Positions 48,701 through 60,084 of a stretch of DNA of 64,000 bases are shown here, piece after piece; within the stretch, counting starts at the first letter, position 1; each line of letters begins with the position of its first letter. The translations under genes were made by a program, and so were the position numbers. The notes under the pieces are model-generated. The model was given only the letters and a program-made list of their open reading frames with translations. It did no database searches and was not told where the DNA came from. This stretch comes from Tricharina praecox (lineage: Eukaryota): assembly GCF_024521635.1 (NCBI RefSeq), contig NW_026250404.1:1116001-1180000 (forward strand), read 5' to 3'.

Positions 48701-49606
48701 GTAGTGGAGACTCCCACGGCCATATTAATATCTGGATGTTTGTTTTGTCTAATCATCATTGCATTCTATCTTAGTAGATCATGGCAGATTGCATACTTGT
48801 TTCCACCCGGCTGTCACCGACCGCTGGCCGCGAGCTCGATACCGGTTCCCTATTGCTCTCCGCCCAGCCTTCACCGCTCAAAGTTCCTCCCCGCTCGAGA
48901 GTCAAATCCTCCACGCTCAACCCTCCCCGCTCAACCCTCCCGCTCAATACCGGCAAGAAGGAGAGAAAGAATAGAAGAACGAATGAAGGTATTCATTAGT
49001 CCAGCTCTCGTCCCATCCAACCTCCTTTAAGCTCAACCATGAATCCGGTTCCTCGTCCCTTCCAACCTCGTTTAAACTCAACTAAGAAACCCAGTTTCTC
49101 GTTCCTGCCCCCCGTGTTCTCTATGTCCTCCAACCCGTCTCCTCGATCGTCCTGTATCCTCTTTCTCACCCTGGTTCTCACGCTCTCCGAGTTTATTGCC
49201 GATGCTGATGTCTAGGCGTGAGTGAGGGCGAGGAGGCCAGATGGGGTGGGGAGGAAGAGGGGCCAGGTCTCCTCCTTCGCGCTTTCATCTCTCCGGCTCT
49301 TGCCTCTCTTTTCTCTCTTTTCTCTTCCGCCCTCGCCGCCTTTCCACCGCCGTTGTCCTCGCCCCTACCCTCTCTGGTCCTGCAATAGGATATATGGAGT
49401 TTTTTGTTTGGGCGGTGCGGAAGTTTGGATCATACGGACAGAAGGTGCGGTACTCTAGAGAGAGACGGAGAACATGCAAGGGATTGAACTGAAAGTCTTG
49501 CTTGATAGAGATAGATATGAGAAGAGCGGGCAACATGGGCGGTTTATCCATATACAGTGCTATACAGAACGACATCTGTCTTCCATGCTCGAGCTTTTTC
49601 GCTCCA

Positions 49607-49656
49607 CATTGCGTATGCCCATTGCGTATGCCCATTGCGTATTCCCATTGCGTGTC
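49607..49656. repeat. 13-bp tandem repeat CATTGCGTATGCC x~4
   Basis: Seen directly. Confidence 0.85.
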
Positions 49657-49980
49657 ATATATTCTCCAATATTACGCGTCCCGTCTTTTGGGTTTGCCAG
49701 GTTGTGGTGACGCACTTTTCTTCAGGGTTGGCCGTTACCGCTTTCGGATCAGAAGTTCGACTCGGGGGTTCCGTTGTGTCTTCCGTCCCGAGGGCCGGTA
49801 CACACTCGTCGTTAGTATCTCGATGAACGGCTGTGCGACCACCAACGGCCGTACTACGCCGTCTCCCGAGTGCCAAAGGGAGCTTAAATACGCTGTAACT
49901 ATCAGCAGATAACTTCATATCACCAGCGGGTTAACAGACTGATCTCACACCGTTGCCCTTTATACTGGGTGTCTTACATA

Positions 49981-50125
49981 CTGTATAGTGAAGGGAGGGG
50001 ATAAAAAATACGCTTTTTCCGCATCAGTACGGTCAAAAATCGTATTAGTATGGTTAAAAATACGTATTTTGACTGTCCTGATACGGAAAAAGGCGTAATT
50101 TTGACCCCCTCCCTTCACTATATAG
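49981..50125. mobile_element. 145-bp MITE-like foldback element with TA target duplication (Tc1/mariner-type)
   Basis: ~65-bp imperfect inverted arms (CTGTATAGTGAAGGGAGGGG... / ...CCCCCTCCCTTCACTATATAG); TA at 49979-80 and 50126-27. Confidence 0.75.
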
Positions 50126-50793
50126 TAGCTAGATCAACAGAGGTGGAGGTGTTTGTTGTTGTAGTGGGCCCGGAATTCGTTAGTTATACGAGATTATATA
50201 CGGGCTCGCCTATATATCCCTATGGTTCCACAAATGCGTATTTTTCTAAACACGTGTATCCTATAAACGTCTTAAATGCGTGCCTAAATGCGTATTTAAT
50301 AGCGTGTGCGACTAAAAACGTCAACACTTAAAAGCGTGGAGCGTCATGATTTCGGTCTTAAATGCACGCTTCTTGTATACGTCCCGGTCCATTAATGCGT
50401 CCCAATCGCCAATACGTTCATTGATTAATGCGCTCCGCCACCATATATACACCCACTGTATATACAGGCAGTTGTACCAAGCATACCGCTGGAGAAGCAG
50501 ACGGTGGTCAAAATCTAGATAAAATAGACAAAGAAATCCGCACAATACAAAACACTTCAGAGACTCAAACATTCCATCGCCTAGCCAGATCCATGCTAGG
50601 TAGCAGCGAATCAGCACGATTTCATAACCGGGGGTGATATCGAATGAGGGCTACATCATACGTTCATCCAGCTCCAGCATGTAATCGATATAGCTCGCCG
50701 GATTTTAATGACTTGTTTTCTGCTGTGCGATTGAGACACTGTGTATTAGACTCTGCGTGCGATCGCACCTGTGGATGGAGCTCGTACCTGACG

Positions 50794-53384
50794 TCACTCC
50801 TCTTCGATGCTAAACTCTCGGACAGCACGTGCATTTTTGGCACTCATCGCTTTCCTGCGACGTTGTGGCTGCTGTGATCGTTTCTCTCGTACGTCGTCCG
50901 AGGTATTGGCTATCTTCCTAGCTTTCAAGTTTGGTTTCATCCTGCGGCGCTCGGAAGGAGAACTTAGCCGGAGATGGCCGCTCGGCGGGCCTACCTGCGA
51001 TTCTGGCACCCGGATATTGGCAATAGGTGTGCTTTTGGTGACGTTCTTGCCGGTTACGGATGCATGATCGGAGATAGACCTCCCGACTGACAGGTTTGTC
51101 TGCTGCTCAACACTCCCAATGCCGGCAAACTGTCCAGTGGAAATGGGCGTCAGTGAAAACTGAACTTTCGTTCTCGGATTCGGGGCCGTGGTATTGATGA
51201 CGGTCCGGTCGTCTGCAGAAGAACCCGATACTTCAGCGTTGGTGGTTAGGTTGTGAAGTGGAATCTTGTCTGGACCTGGAAGGACGGTATCGGGGACGGG
51301 GAAGCGGGGTTGGGGTGGGTTCTTGTGTTCATCAGTGCCATACTTGTGCAATTCAAGGGCATATGTACCTCGCTGATGAATATCCTCGGCAGAGTCGTAT
51401 TCCTGCTCCCACCGAGCTGCAGGAACGAGCGAGAAAACTACGCATCCTTCAACTAGCTGGATGTCATCCTGATCCATTCGTTCGACAAATTTGTTGTAAT
51501 CATCTGAATCGTATATTATCGCTTCTTTCCCAGCGCTTCGACGATACCATATACTCATGTCGGCAGATGGCACGGGACCCTTGACAGACTTGCGGGCGGC
51601 ACTGTGGACAGCTCGTAGGAAATCGTCATATTCGAATGCTTTTGACAGTAAAGTCGATATCCTATTAACAACGGCGCGGTAGTGAACATTGACTTCCGGC
51701 TCGGAGAAGACGGCGCTTCCGGAAGACATCGAAGTATTGCTGTTAGTAATTAACTTGGACGTGGGAGAAATCCTTGTATGCTGGGGCTGCTCATCTGCCC
51801 TCAATTTTGACTGCCTGTTGCGATGTTGGCCAATATGTCCTCCCAATTTAACCTGAGAGGACGGAGGAGCTGATAATGGCATAGAGACGGGTGTATGTGA
51901 GGATGGCACGATTGCTGACTCGGTTTGATGACGTGTCCTCTTGCTGGTATTGTTGGAAGGAATAGGCGCCATCTGGGCCCTGTGCTGTTTAGCCGACTTG
52001 ATAACCTTCGGGTGTGGTGATGGGAACGAGCGGAGTGGTTCTATTGTAGCCTTCCGTTCGCTGCGCCCGGCAGTCGGACCCCGGGTTTGTTTTGCGGCTG
52101 TGGTGGCCACCGGCGTTGTTGTTGGCCGTGCGGTCTCACTGCCAAAGTCTCCCGATGGGTTCTGGCTGGTGGTTGTATCTGTAGATTTAGGTTGGGGCGT
52201 AGAAGGGGAAGAACGAGGCGCTTTGCCTAGAGATTCCGGCAGCGCCTTCATATTGGCAACAAGATCGCGGACAGTGGGCCGCTGTGCTATCCTGCCAGTC
52301 TTTGGACGTCCCCTCCGTGGCTTGTCATCCGGGTTCCCCGATTGGCGTCTGACTTCGTTTTCAGCGCGGCGGGCATTCTGGACGTGACGTTGGCATGAAT
52401 TCATCAGGACATCCCGGGCGAGCCTAGGCGTCCAGCCATGACCATTCTCGTTCATTCCATCCACCACTCCTAACCGGCATGAGTATGTGAAAATAAATCA
52501 TTGAGCAGGTTAAGCACTACTCACTTCGAATCATCTCCTCAGCACGCCCGTGGGCAACGTACCATGAAAACGGCATGGAGAGATCGTGACCGCATAGTCG
52601 TTTGGCTTCCGTATAAAAGTGTAATGCGGCGGCATTCCGAGTGCGCTGATCCGCATCTAGTGGTATCCCCATTCGATAACGGAGCAAACCTCCTTTGCCA
52701 AGTCCTTTGGTCACAACCAGATCCACATCAGCTGGCGGAGGCATGCGCATGGCGAGCGCGGGGTTCTGCATCGGAAAGGTGGGGGGTCTCCTGGCACGTT
52801 TGACGCACGTTGGAGGTTCAACCCGACTGTCTGGAATCAATGGTCCATCATCACTATTCTCAATATCATCCTCATCCTCATCCCCGTCCTCATCCACATC
52901 CCCGTTCTCATCCACACCTCTATCCCTGTCTTCATCCTCATACCCATCGTCATCATTCTCGTGTTCATGCCAATGGCCCCCCGCGTCTCGATCATCGCTG
53001 TGGATGATTTCGTCTTCATCGCGGCGGGAAAACACGGCGCTGGTATGGACCGGCTGCCTGGGTTCGGAACCAAAGGTAGAATTGGTCTGGCGGATGCCAC
53101 CGTCAGCACCAATCACAGTGGGAAACAACCATTGCTCTGTATACCACCTTGCGTCTCTTGGACGCGTGTTTGTCTTTGTATGCTGGCTGAGCAGGCAGCT
53201 TCTTCTTGCTCTGATTCAGGAGGGCCTGAATTTGATCAATTGTAGCTTGGTCGAGGCCAGCCAGGCTCAGTACGTTGCCGCTGGCCGCTTCTTTCCGGGG
53301 AACCGGCGCGTCGCGGGCGACACCCGCGTCATCTGACAGGTCGCCGTCGGACTCTTCGTAGTTGTGGGGCCCCGAGTATGACAT
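50794..53384 (-). CDS. Transposon accessory protein (~830 aa, unknown function); introns ~53087-53146 and ~52473-52522
   Basis: Three ORF-track segments are joined in frame by GT..GCTGAC..CAG and GTGAGT..TAG introns; lies inside the TIRs, divergent from the transposase. Confidence 0.7.
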
Positions 53385-54053
53385 TGTGAGAAGGCGGAGT
53401 GAGAGAATGGATAGAGTCGGGCGTAGCAGATGATGGGGAATCTGATGCGCGAGGTTTGGTTCAACAAATATGAGTAGTACCTGGTGGATACGTGAAGAGC
53501 AAGGGAGTAACTACGATGAGAGCTGCGTCGATTGCTACCCCCGGAAACATACGGATCGTGTGTAACATACCTCATGATAGACCGGGTAAGTATGCGCAGG
53601 CCGCCCACGGTACCCACCTCGTATGTACCTGTTATGGTTCTCCGAGCAGCAACAGAGGACATAACATCATTTTTCTCTCTGTCAAACTTTGGACACCCCT
53701 CGAGTTGGCTCCAATAAAGTTCCGCTGTGGAGGAGTCGAGACCAAGCGTCGACGCGAATACCTATGGTTACACGACGGGCGGACGAGGCAAACCTACTCT
53801 AGATTAGAGTCTGAGTCTGAACCTGTCTGCATAAGAGAACTCGCAGCCGCTAGTGCTGTTGCTGTATCGAATGGATCATCTCTTCTCATCTACCCAAATA
53901 TTCCTACACTCTCCATCCTTCGAGTTTCCCCCACGAACGTACATCACTTCCGTACACCCGAGTTGATACGACGCCAGATTTACATAGTAAGTACCATACA
54001 TCGCGAAATAGCAAATTGTATTAATTCATACCCAGGTTCAGTAGTACGGCCCA

Positions 54054-57000
54054 ATGGCGACGCCTTCCAGTCATCAACAAGATACAACCGATCCCTCAGC
54101 GGACGCAGAATCCGGCAATGACCGAGTTGGGAGAGCACCAGCTGGCGATGCAGCAGCCGGCTCCCAAACTCCACTCGGCCACCGATTCCGCGCCCCTAAT
54201 CAATCGAAATCGAATCCCATCTTCAGTGCTATCAGGGCTGCTCCACCGGCATCGGCGTCACAGATCCCGCAGAATTCCGTCGTGCACGGTCTGGTCGCCC
54301 CGCGTGCTCCGTCGAGATATAATTTCGCTCTCGCTCCAACCTCTTCGGCAGGAGACCACGATAGCGATACCCATGGAATGTTTCAAGACTCCCTGGAAGA
54401 TGAGAGTCCTGTTATAGGGACACCCAGAAGCTCTTCGGAATCGCCTAGTACCCCACATCGTGACAAGCGATCGCGGACCGACCACCCCGACACCTCGCCT
54501 GACCCGGTAGGAGTCTTTCCTTGGTGGAAGGAATCACCCATGACATCAGCTCAAAGCGATCACATTAGCTCCGAAGACGAATATGGGTATGGAGCCAATC
54601 AACCATCGGACTCGGATGAGGGTGATGAGCCTGAAGTCGCCCTGGGCGGATATTCTTACCCGGAGGAATTCATTGATGAACTATTCGATGATCTCAACAG
54701 GGACGACCCTCCAATTCCAGACGACGATCCGGAGGACATGCTCGGGGTGGTGGAGGCACTAGATATCTTCGGTTACGGGATACTAAGCGCTTTGACGAAA
54801 CAGGAAGCCGTCTCGCTGTCAATGTTCCTCGCGAAAATCAAGAGCAAGTCGCCACGCGAGGGATATCGAGCATACCAAGAAATACTGGACATTTTGATTG
54901 CTGAACGTCCTGTGGACATTCGTACCATACATGCTATGCTTGAGAGGAAGACCGGAGTGCGACACATACGTTACCAGGTACGCAGACACTGTCCGAGTTA
55001 ATGTTTTGGCTCCCCAATGCTGATACCTACATTACCAGGTGTGCGAAAATAACTGCTATTGTTTTGCCGAAAACCCCAACGCAGAAGCCTGTCCTATATG
55101 CGGAGAGCCTCGTCCTGATCGTAGGCTCTGCAAGAAAACATTCGACTGCATCGATATCATTCATCTCCTCCGTCTGAAGTACTCCCACGCGGCCACCGCA
55201 GCCCGTTTCCAGGTGTACAGAAAAGCACTTGCTGCGGACTCTGGATCCCATTCGGGAGAATTGCGAGACATATGGGATGGCAAGCTCATTCGCCGTCTGC
55301 AGGAAGAAGACATGCTTAACCAAGACACCGATCTGGCCTTTTTTTGCAGTACTGATGGCGTCAACCTCTTCCGCAGAGGCCGCCAGCATTCGGTTTGGCC
55401 TATAGTTCTCGTCAACTATAACCTTTCACCGGACATCAGATTTCGACAGGAGAATATCACTTGTTTCGGAGTTGTCCCAGGACCGAAAAAGCCGAAGGAT
55501 TTCAGTTCTTTCCTTTATCCGCTTGTGCAGCAGTTCAAGGCATTGCACAGAGGTGTCCCTGCGATAGACGGCTCAAGACTCAACGCCGAGTTTCGAATGA
55601 GGGCCTATATCGTCGCCATTGGGGCTGATATGCCTGCAAAGGACATGCTGATGGGACTCTCCGGTCACTCTGCGAAACACTATTGCAACTACTGCCTGGT
55701 TCGAGGAGTGTACAGTCAGAAGTGCAAACATATGTACGCTCCTCTTCGGGCTCCTGCGTCACCCGAAGGAGCCTCCGAGAACGCGAACCCGGAATGGCGC
55801 TCGTACAATGCCGATGCCTTGCCCTTGCGAGACCACGAAACAACTCGGATGCACGCCAGACACGTCGAAGACACTGGTGACGCTGAAGTCACCGAGAAGA
55901 CAGGTGTCAAGAATTACACGGTGCTATTGGAGCTACCATCTATTATCTTTCCTTGGAGTTTTGGGATCGATTCCATGCACTTATTCTACCTGAACATTGC
56001 CCAGTACATGCGAGACCACTGGTTAGGAACCTTTACTCCAAACATATCCACTATGGACGATGAGACAGCATTAGGGAAGGAGGAGCCATACCAAATCTCA
56101 GGAGGCTCATGGCGCGAGATTGAGGAAGATATCAATCAGATGGTGTTTCCTGTCGCGTTTGGTGACAAACCTCGGAGTATCCTTGCAAAAAGGCTCAAGG
56201 CCGCAGAATGGAAGACGTGGGTGCAGGTATGTTTGACTGCCAGCCGCATTAGCCTTGTTTATTTTCTCACCAAGTCTCAGGTTGTATCTCCCATCGTCCT
56301 TCGGAACCGACTCGCCGAGCCGTACTATTCCGAGTGGATGAATCTCGTGGAAGTATGCACAAGAAGCCCATACTCGTTCGAATTGGAACATGCTCCCATA
56401 ATTGAAGCTAAGGGATCAACAGGCTATGACTACGGCGACCGGCTACTCGATTTCCAAGGACCAACAAGCGTCGCTGCATGCTAAGTTTGTTCGTTTCGTA
56501 CATCATTACGAAGCCCACTACTACCAGTACGATTTGTCCCGCGTAGCAGCTTGCAAGACAGTATTTCACGCCTTACTACACGTTGGAAAAGCTGTCGAGT
56601 GGCTCGGCCCGATGTGGAGTTACTCGCAATGGGTAATGGAGCGTACATGCGGACTCTGGACCCCACGGGTGAAGTTAAAGAAGGCTGGATACATCGATCG
56701 GCATCTCTCGCTGGTCATCCTTCACGACACACAGATACAGTCGTTGCCTATGGCAGTTAGGCTTGACATGCTCAGTGATTCGCCGTGTCCCCATATCCTG
56801 AAATATATGCGTCGCCAACTTGAATCGCAACCTGGCGAAGAAGCCGTTGAGGAGGATGACCGCAAGTCGACATATCGCAGTCCCGAACACCAAGCGTCTC
56901 TACATACACGCGCGGGGGAGGTAGAATTGACATTCAAAGAAGTTCGGGCTCTCGTGGATATGCTTAACCTTTACGACATGAGGATTCCCGAAGAATTGAA

Positions 57001-57484
57001 TGCTATTCTAAGGGACCCCAAAAACATCTGGCGGCCCACAAAAATATATGTTCGAGCTTACAAACATCTGCGTACGAATGACCGTCACGTTGAGAATGTT
57101 CTTTCTAAAGCCTATGTGAGGAGCAAACGATTCGAGCCCGGTGTCAGCCGCGATGCAACATTTGTCCGACTCGACATCCAGGGTCAGACATGCTTTGGAC
57201 GAGTTCATTTCTTCTTTCTCTACGAAATAGAGCACGAGAATGAGATTGGTGGTGAAGGGGATGTCGACAAGGCAGTCAGCGTCCAGATGTTTGCATTCTA
57301 CGATCCCATTAGGGTGTTCCTGGATGAAGGTGTTTATCGAGTCCACGCATCCGAAGGTGATCCGGCGTCGATGCCCTCTCGACGACTTACCGTTGTCGAT
57401 GTAGACCAGATAGTCGGGCTTGTCGGTATTGTCTATAACGGTGATGGGGCATTTTTTGTTTGTCGGGACTCATGTTTCTTGTGA
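54054..57484 (+). CDS. CACTA/EnSpm transposase (Transposase_21/Tnp2 family); introns 54978-55038, 56227-56280, 56353-56422
   Basis: C-x3-C/CPICGEPR, LRDIWDG, STDGVNLF, WPIVLVNYNLSP.IRF, PGPKKPKDFSSFLYPL, GADMPA, CNYC, DSMHLFY, HALLH...GPMWSYSQWVMER; spliced frame is uninterrupted. Confidence 0.9.
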
Positions 57485-57586
57485 AGGTTTTCATGGTTAG
57501 ATCGGTTGTTGGGTACTTACAGTGTGTATGCCTGTTGATTGCTGCAGAATGTACGCAGGGAAAAGAATTACGTATGATACGTACTT

Positions 57587-57856
57587 GTCAGCTTTCACGT
57601 ATTGAGAGGCTAATACGCAATGAGGAAGCGCGCAATTATTAGCTTTACGCATAGATGAATAGACGTGTTTACGAACGCGTACGCATATAGAAAGTGACAC
57701 GCTTGTGAGGATAACCGCTAGTCAGCCTTTACGCATTGAGAAACTAATACGTAATGAGGAAGGGCGCAATTATCAGCATTACGTATAGAGAAGTATGAAC
57801 GTGTTTATAAACTCGTACGCATATAGGAAGTGACCCGCTTATGAGGATAAACGCAA
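57587..57856. repeat. 134-bp imperfect tandem duplication in the right subterminal region of the transposon
   Basis: GTCAGC...GAGGATAA.CGC at 57587 and again at 57721. Confidence 0.85.
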
Positions 57857-58540
57857 ATATGTTCTACACGCATATTTGAGCGCACTACGTTTAAAGTATC
57901 AATGTGATTATTGAACTCTACGCATATAGGGTACATCATAAATGCGGCCACGCGCATTTAGTTTCTCAATGCGTGCATGACGTATTTTGGGAGCTCCTAA
58001 ATGCGTCGTGCACGCATTACTGGAACCCTAGGATCTGGGTAAAAAAGGTGTATTTTTTACAACAGTAAAATTTTCGTAAGTAATTCTCAAAGTGCGGTGC
58101 CAGTACTGTCATTCAACGTATTTAGCATTTTTATATAATATCTCCAATCCCTTTAATACGAAGCAATTGTCTACATCTCGCCATACCGTATCTACCTTCG
58201 CGATGGCTATCATCATACTTCGAAGTTCGTAGCGAAAGCGAAAATATAGGGCCCCATTCTTTGTCAATGCCGCTTTCGCGAAGTAGTAATAACATATGAG
58301 TAGCTCCAGTCACTTCAACTTTCTCTAACTGGTTATGAGATTATTTGGATTTGATCAAGTCGTCGCCGTAGTTACCGTACACGCAAAACCACCACAGTGA
58401 GAGTGTATTACGGCGGTCGAAGGTGAGAATAATAGCCGAACATGGTCAACACACTGTGTTGCAACACAGTGCTGGTCGCCCCACACCACAACAGAGCGCC
58501 TACCGAGACAAAAGAGGAGGCAAAAGAGAGAGAGATAGAG

Positions 58541-58680
58541 AGAGCGAAAAAGAGCGAAAAAGAGAGAGAAAAAGAGAGAAAAAGAGAGAAAAAGAGAGAA
58601 AAAGAGAGAAAAAGAGAGAAAAAGAGAGAGTGGAAAAGAGAGCGGAAAAGAGAGCGGAAAAGAGAGAAAAAGAGAGCGAA
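58541..58680. repeat. 10-bp minisatellite (GAGAGAAAAA)n
   Basis: Seen directly. Confidence 0.9.
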
Positions 58681-59399
58681 AGTTGCGAGGGACGGTAGGT
58701 GACAGCGAGGAGAGGAGTTTGGTGGGGTGGGGATGGGTTAGGGGTTTACATGTCACGGAACTACTAACTATCCCTTTGGGTGGAGAGTCCAGGGCGGGGT
58801 ACTCTGTACTGTGCATTAGCGTGTGTTAAATGCATTAGCGTGGGCCATTCAGGCTAGTAGTAACAGTGTATTGAGATAGGTTCGAAGCATTGCAAAAGGC
58901 AATCAACCCACACAGTTAGAGTCATTGAAGGAATGACTCTAGTCACCGAGAATTATTGACTCTAGTCATCGAACAGGAATGACTGAGTCATTCCGCGAAG
59001 TGAAGTCGAGTGGATTGCACTGTCATCGATATTTGGGCGGTTGGTGAAAATGCGACTCACGAGAAGTTCCCGCGACCGATGAGATATTATGATATTTGCA
59101 TAAGAGTGAAACCGCGAATAACAGCCGTGATGGAATTTATTTCCGACATCTCTTTGCTCACTGCTCAGTAGCCAGCCTATCCTAGATGGGCGCTCAGTAA
59201 CCCAGCGACGCCGTCGCCCTGGCGATCACTTCATTGCTCTCTTCTGTGAAATCCAGTAACATTCACATCATGTACATTTTCACCCGCTACCGGCTTCCCT
59301 GCTTTCCTCCACGCCCACCCAGATGTAGACAGATACTCTCTGACCGGAACCCTTTGCTAGAGATGATTCATCTAGCTGCAAGTCCAAGAGACCTTGCTG

Positions 59400-59875
59400 C
59401 TACCAATGCCGTAGACATTCGCCAGCCTCAATGATATCCTGCTTAATGCAGGCTCGTCGGTCAGTAAGCAGTAGCTTCGCGCCATTAAAAACTAGTTCTG
59501 GTTCACATGAGGTGGCCGGAATCTCAAAGATATCCAGAGCCGTACGGGCAATGTCAGGATATGCGGTAACCTTGGACTTCCAAAAAAATGATCGGGTTGG
59601 TGACATAGGGTTCCGGAGCTTCGCGCAGCCAACGGTCATACTGATATAGAATCGGAGCTTGCTGGGCATTTCTGCCACGGCCACGTCCTCGGGAAGTACC
59701 TAGTCGCCGTATGGTTGTCCTGAACAGGTCTTTCATACGGATTAAACCACGTATTACTGAAGCGACAACTCGAATCGGAACTGCCAGTACCAAGATTGTA
59801 ACTAGCAGCCAGGTCGGAAGCCACTGAAAAGTGCAAAACATTACCAACCGGCTTATATGTAGTTTCCCACAACTG
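59400..59875 (-). pseudogene. hAT transposase relic (C-terminal dimerisation domain)
   Basis: YQYDRWLREAPEPYVTNPI / frameshift / FWKSKVTAYPDIARTALDIFEIPATSCEPELVFNGAKLLLTDRRACIKQDIIEAGECLRHW*. Confidence 0.85.
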
Positions 59876-60037
59876 GCGCCGGACTAAACGGCGTTGTGGC
59901 TGAGCTGTCGGCGAGATGAGGAAGTGAAGGAGGAGCTGTAGGCGAGAGGGAAAGCATGTGGTCGTAGGAAGCGTCTAGCCCGCCAGCCCAAACGCCTTTG
60001 GGCGCCGCGCCAACGTAGCCAGCCCAGACTCCAGAGA

Positions 60038-60084
60038 TCCAGCCCAGATATCCAGCCCAGATATCCAGCCCAGATATCCAGCCC
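60038..60084. repeat. 13-bp tandem repeat TCCAGCCCAGATA x~3.5
   Basis: Seen directly, just upstream of the hAT relic. Confidence 0.85.

Larger units (their letters stand above)
50219..58032. mobile_element. Full-length CACTA/EnSpm (CMC)-type DNA transposon, 7814 bp
   Basis: TIRs CCTATGGTTCCACAAATGCGT (50219-39) and reverse complement of 58012-32, CCTAGGGTTCCAGTAATGCGT (18/21 identical); ATC on both flanks (50216-18, 58033-35); many subterminal AATGCGT/ACGCAT motifs; internal Tnp2-type transposase. Confidence 0.88.

Noticed and set aside
58355..58816. ORFs with FSLFLS / KREKKRE repeats (also those at ~783-1300 and 33918-34130)
   Set aside because: Translations of simple-sequence repeats.
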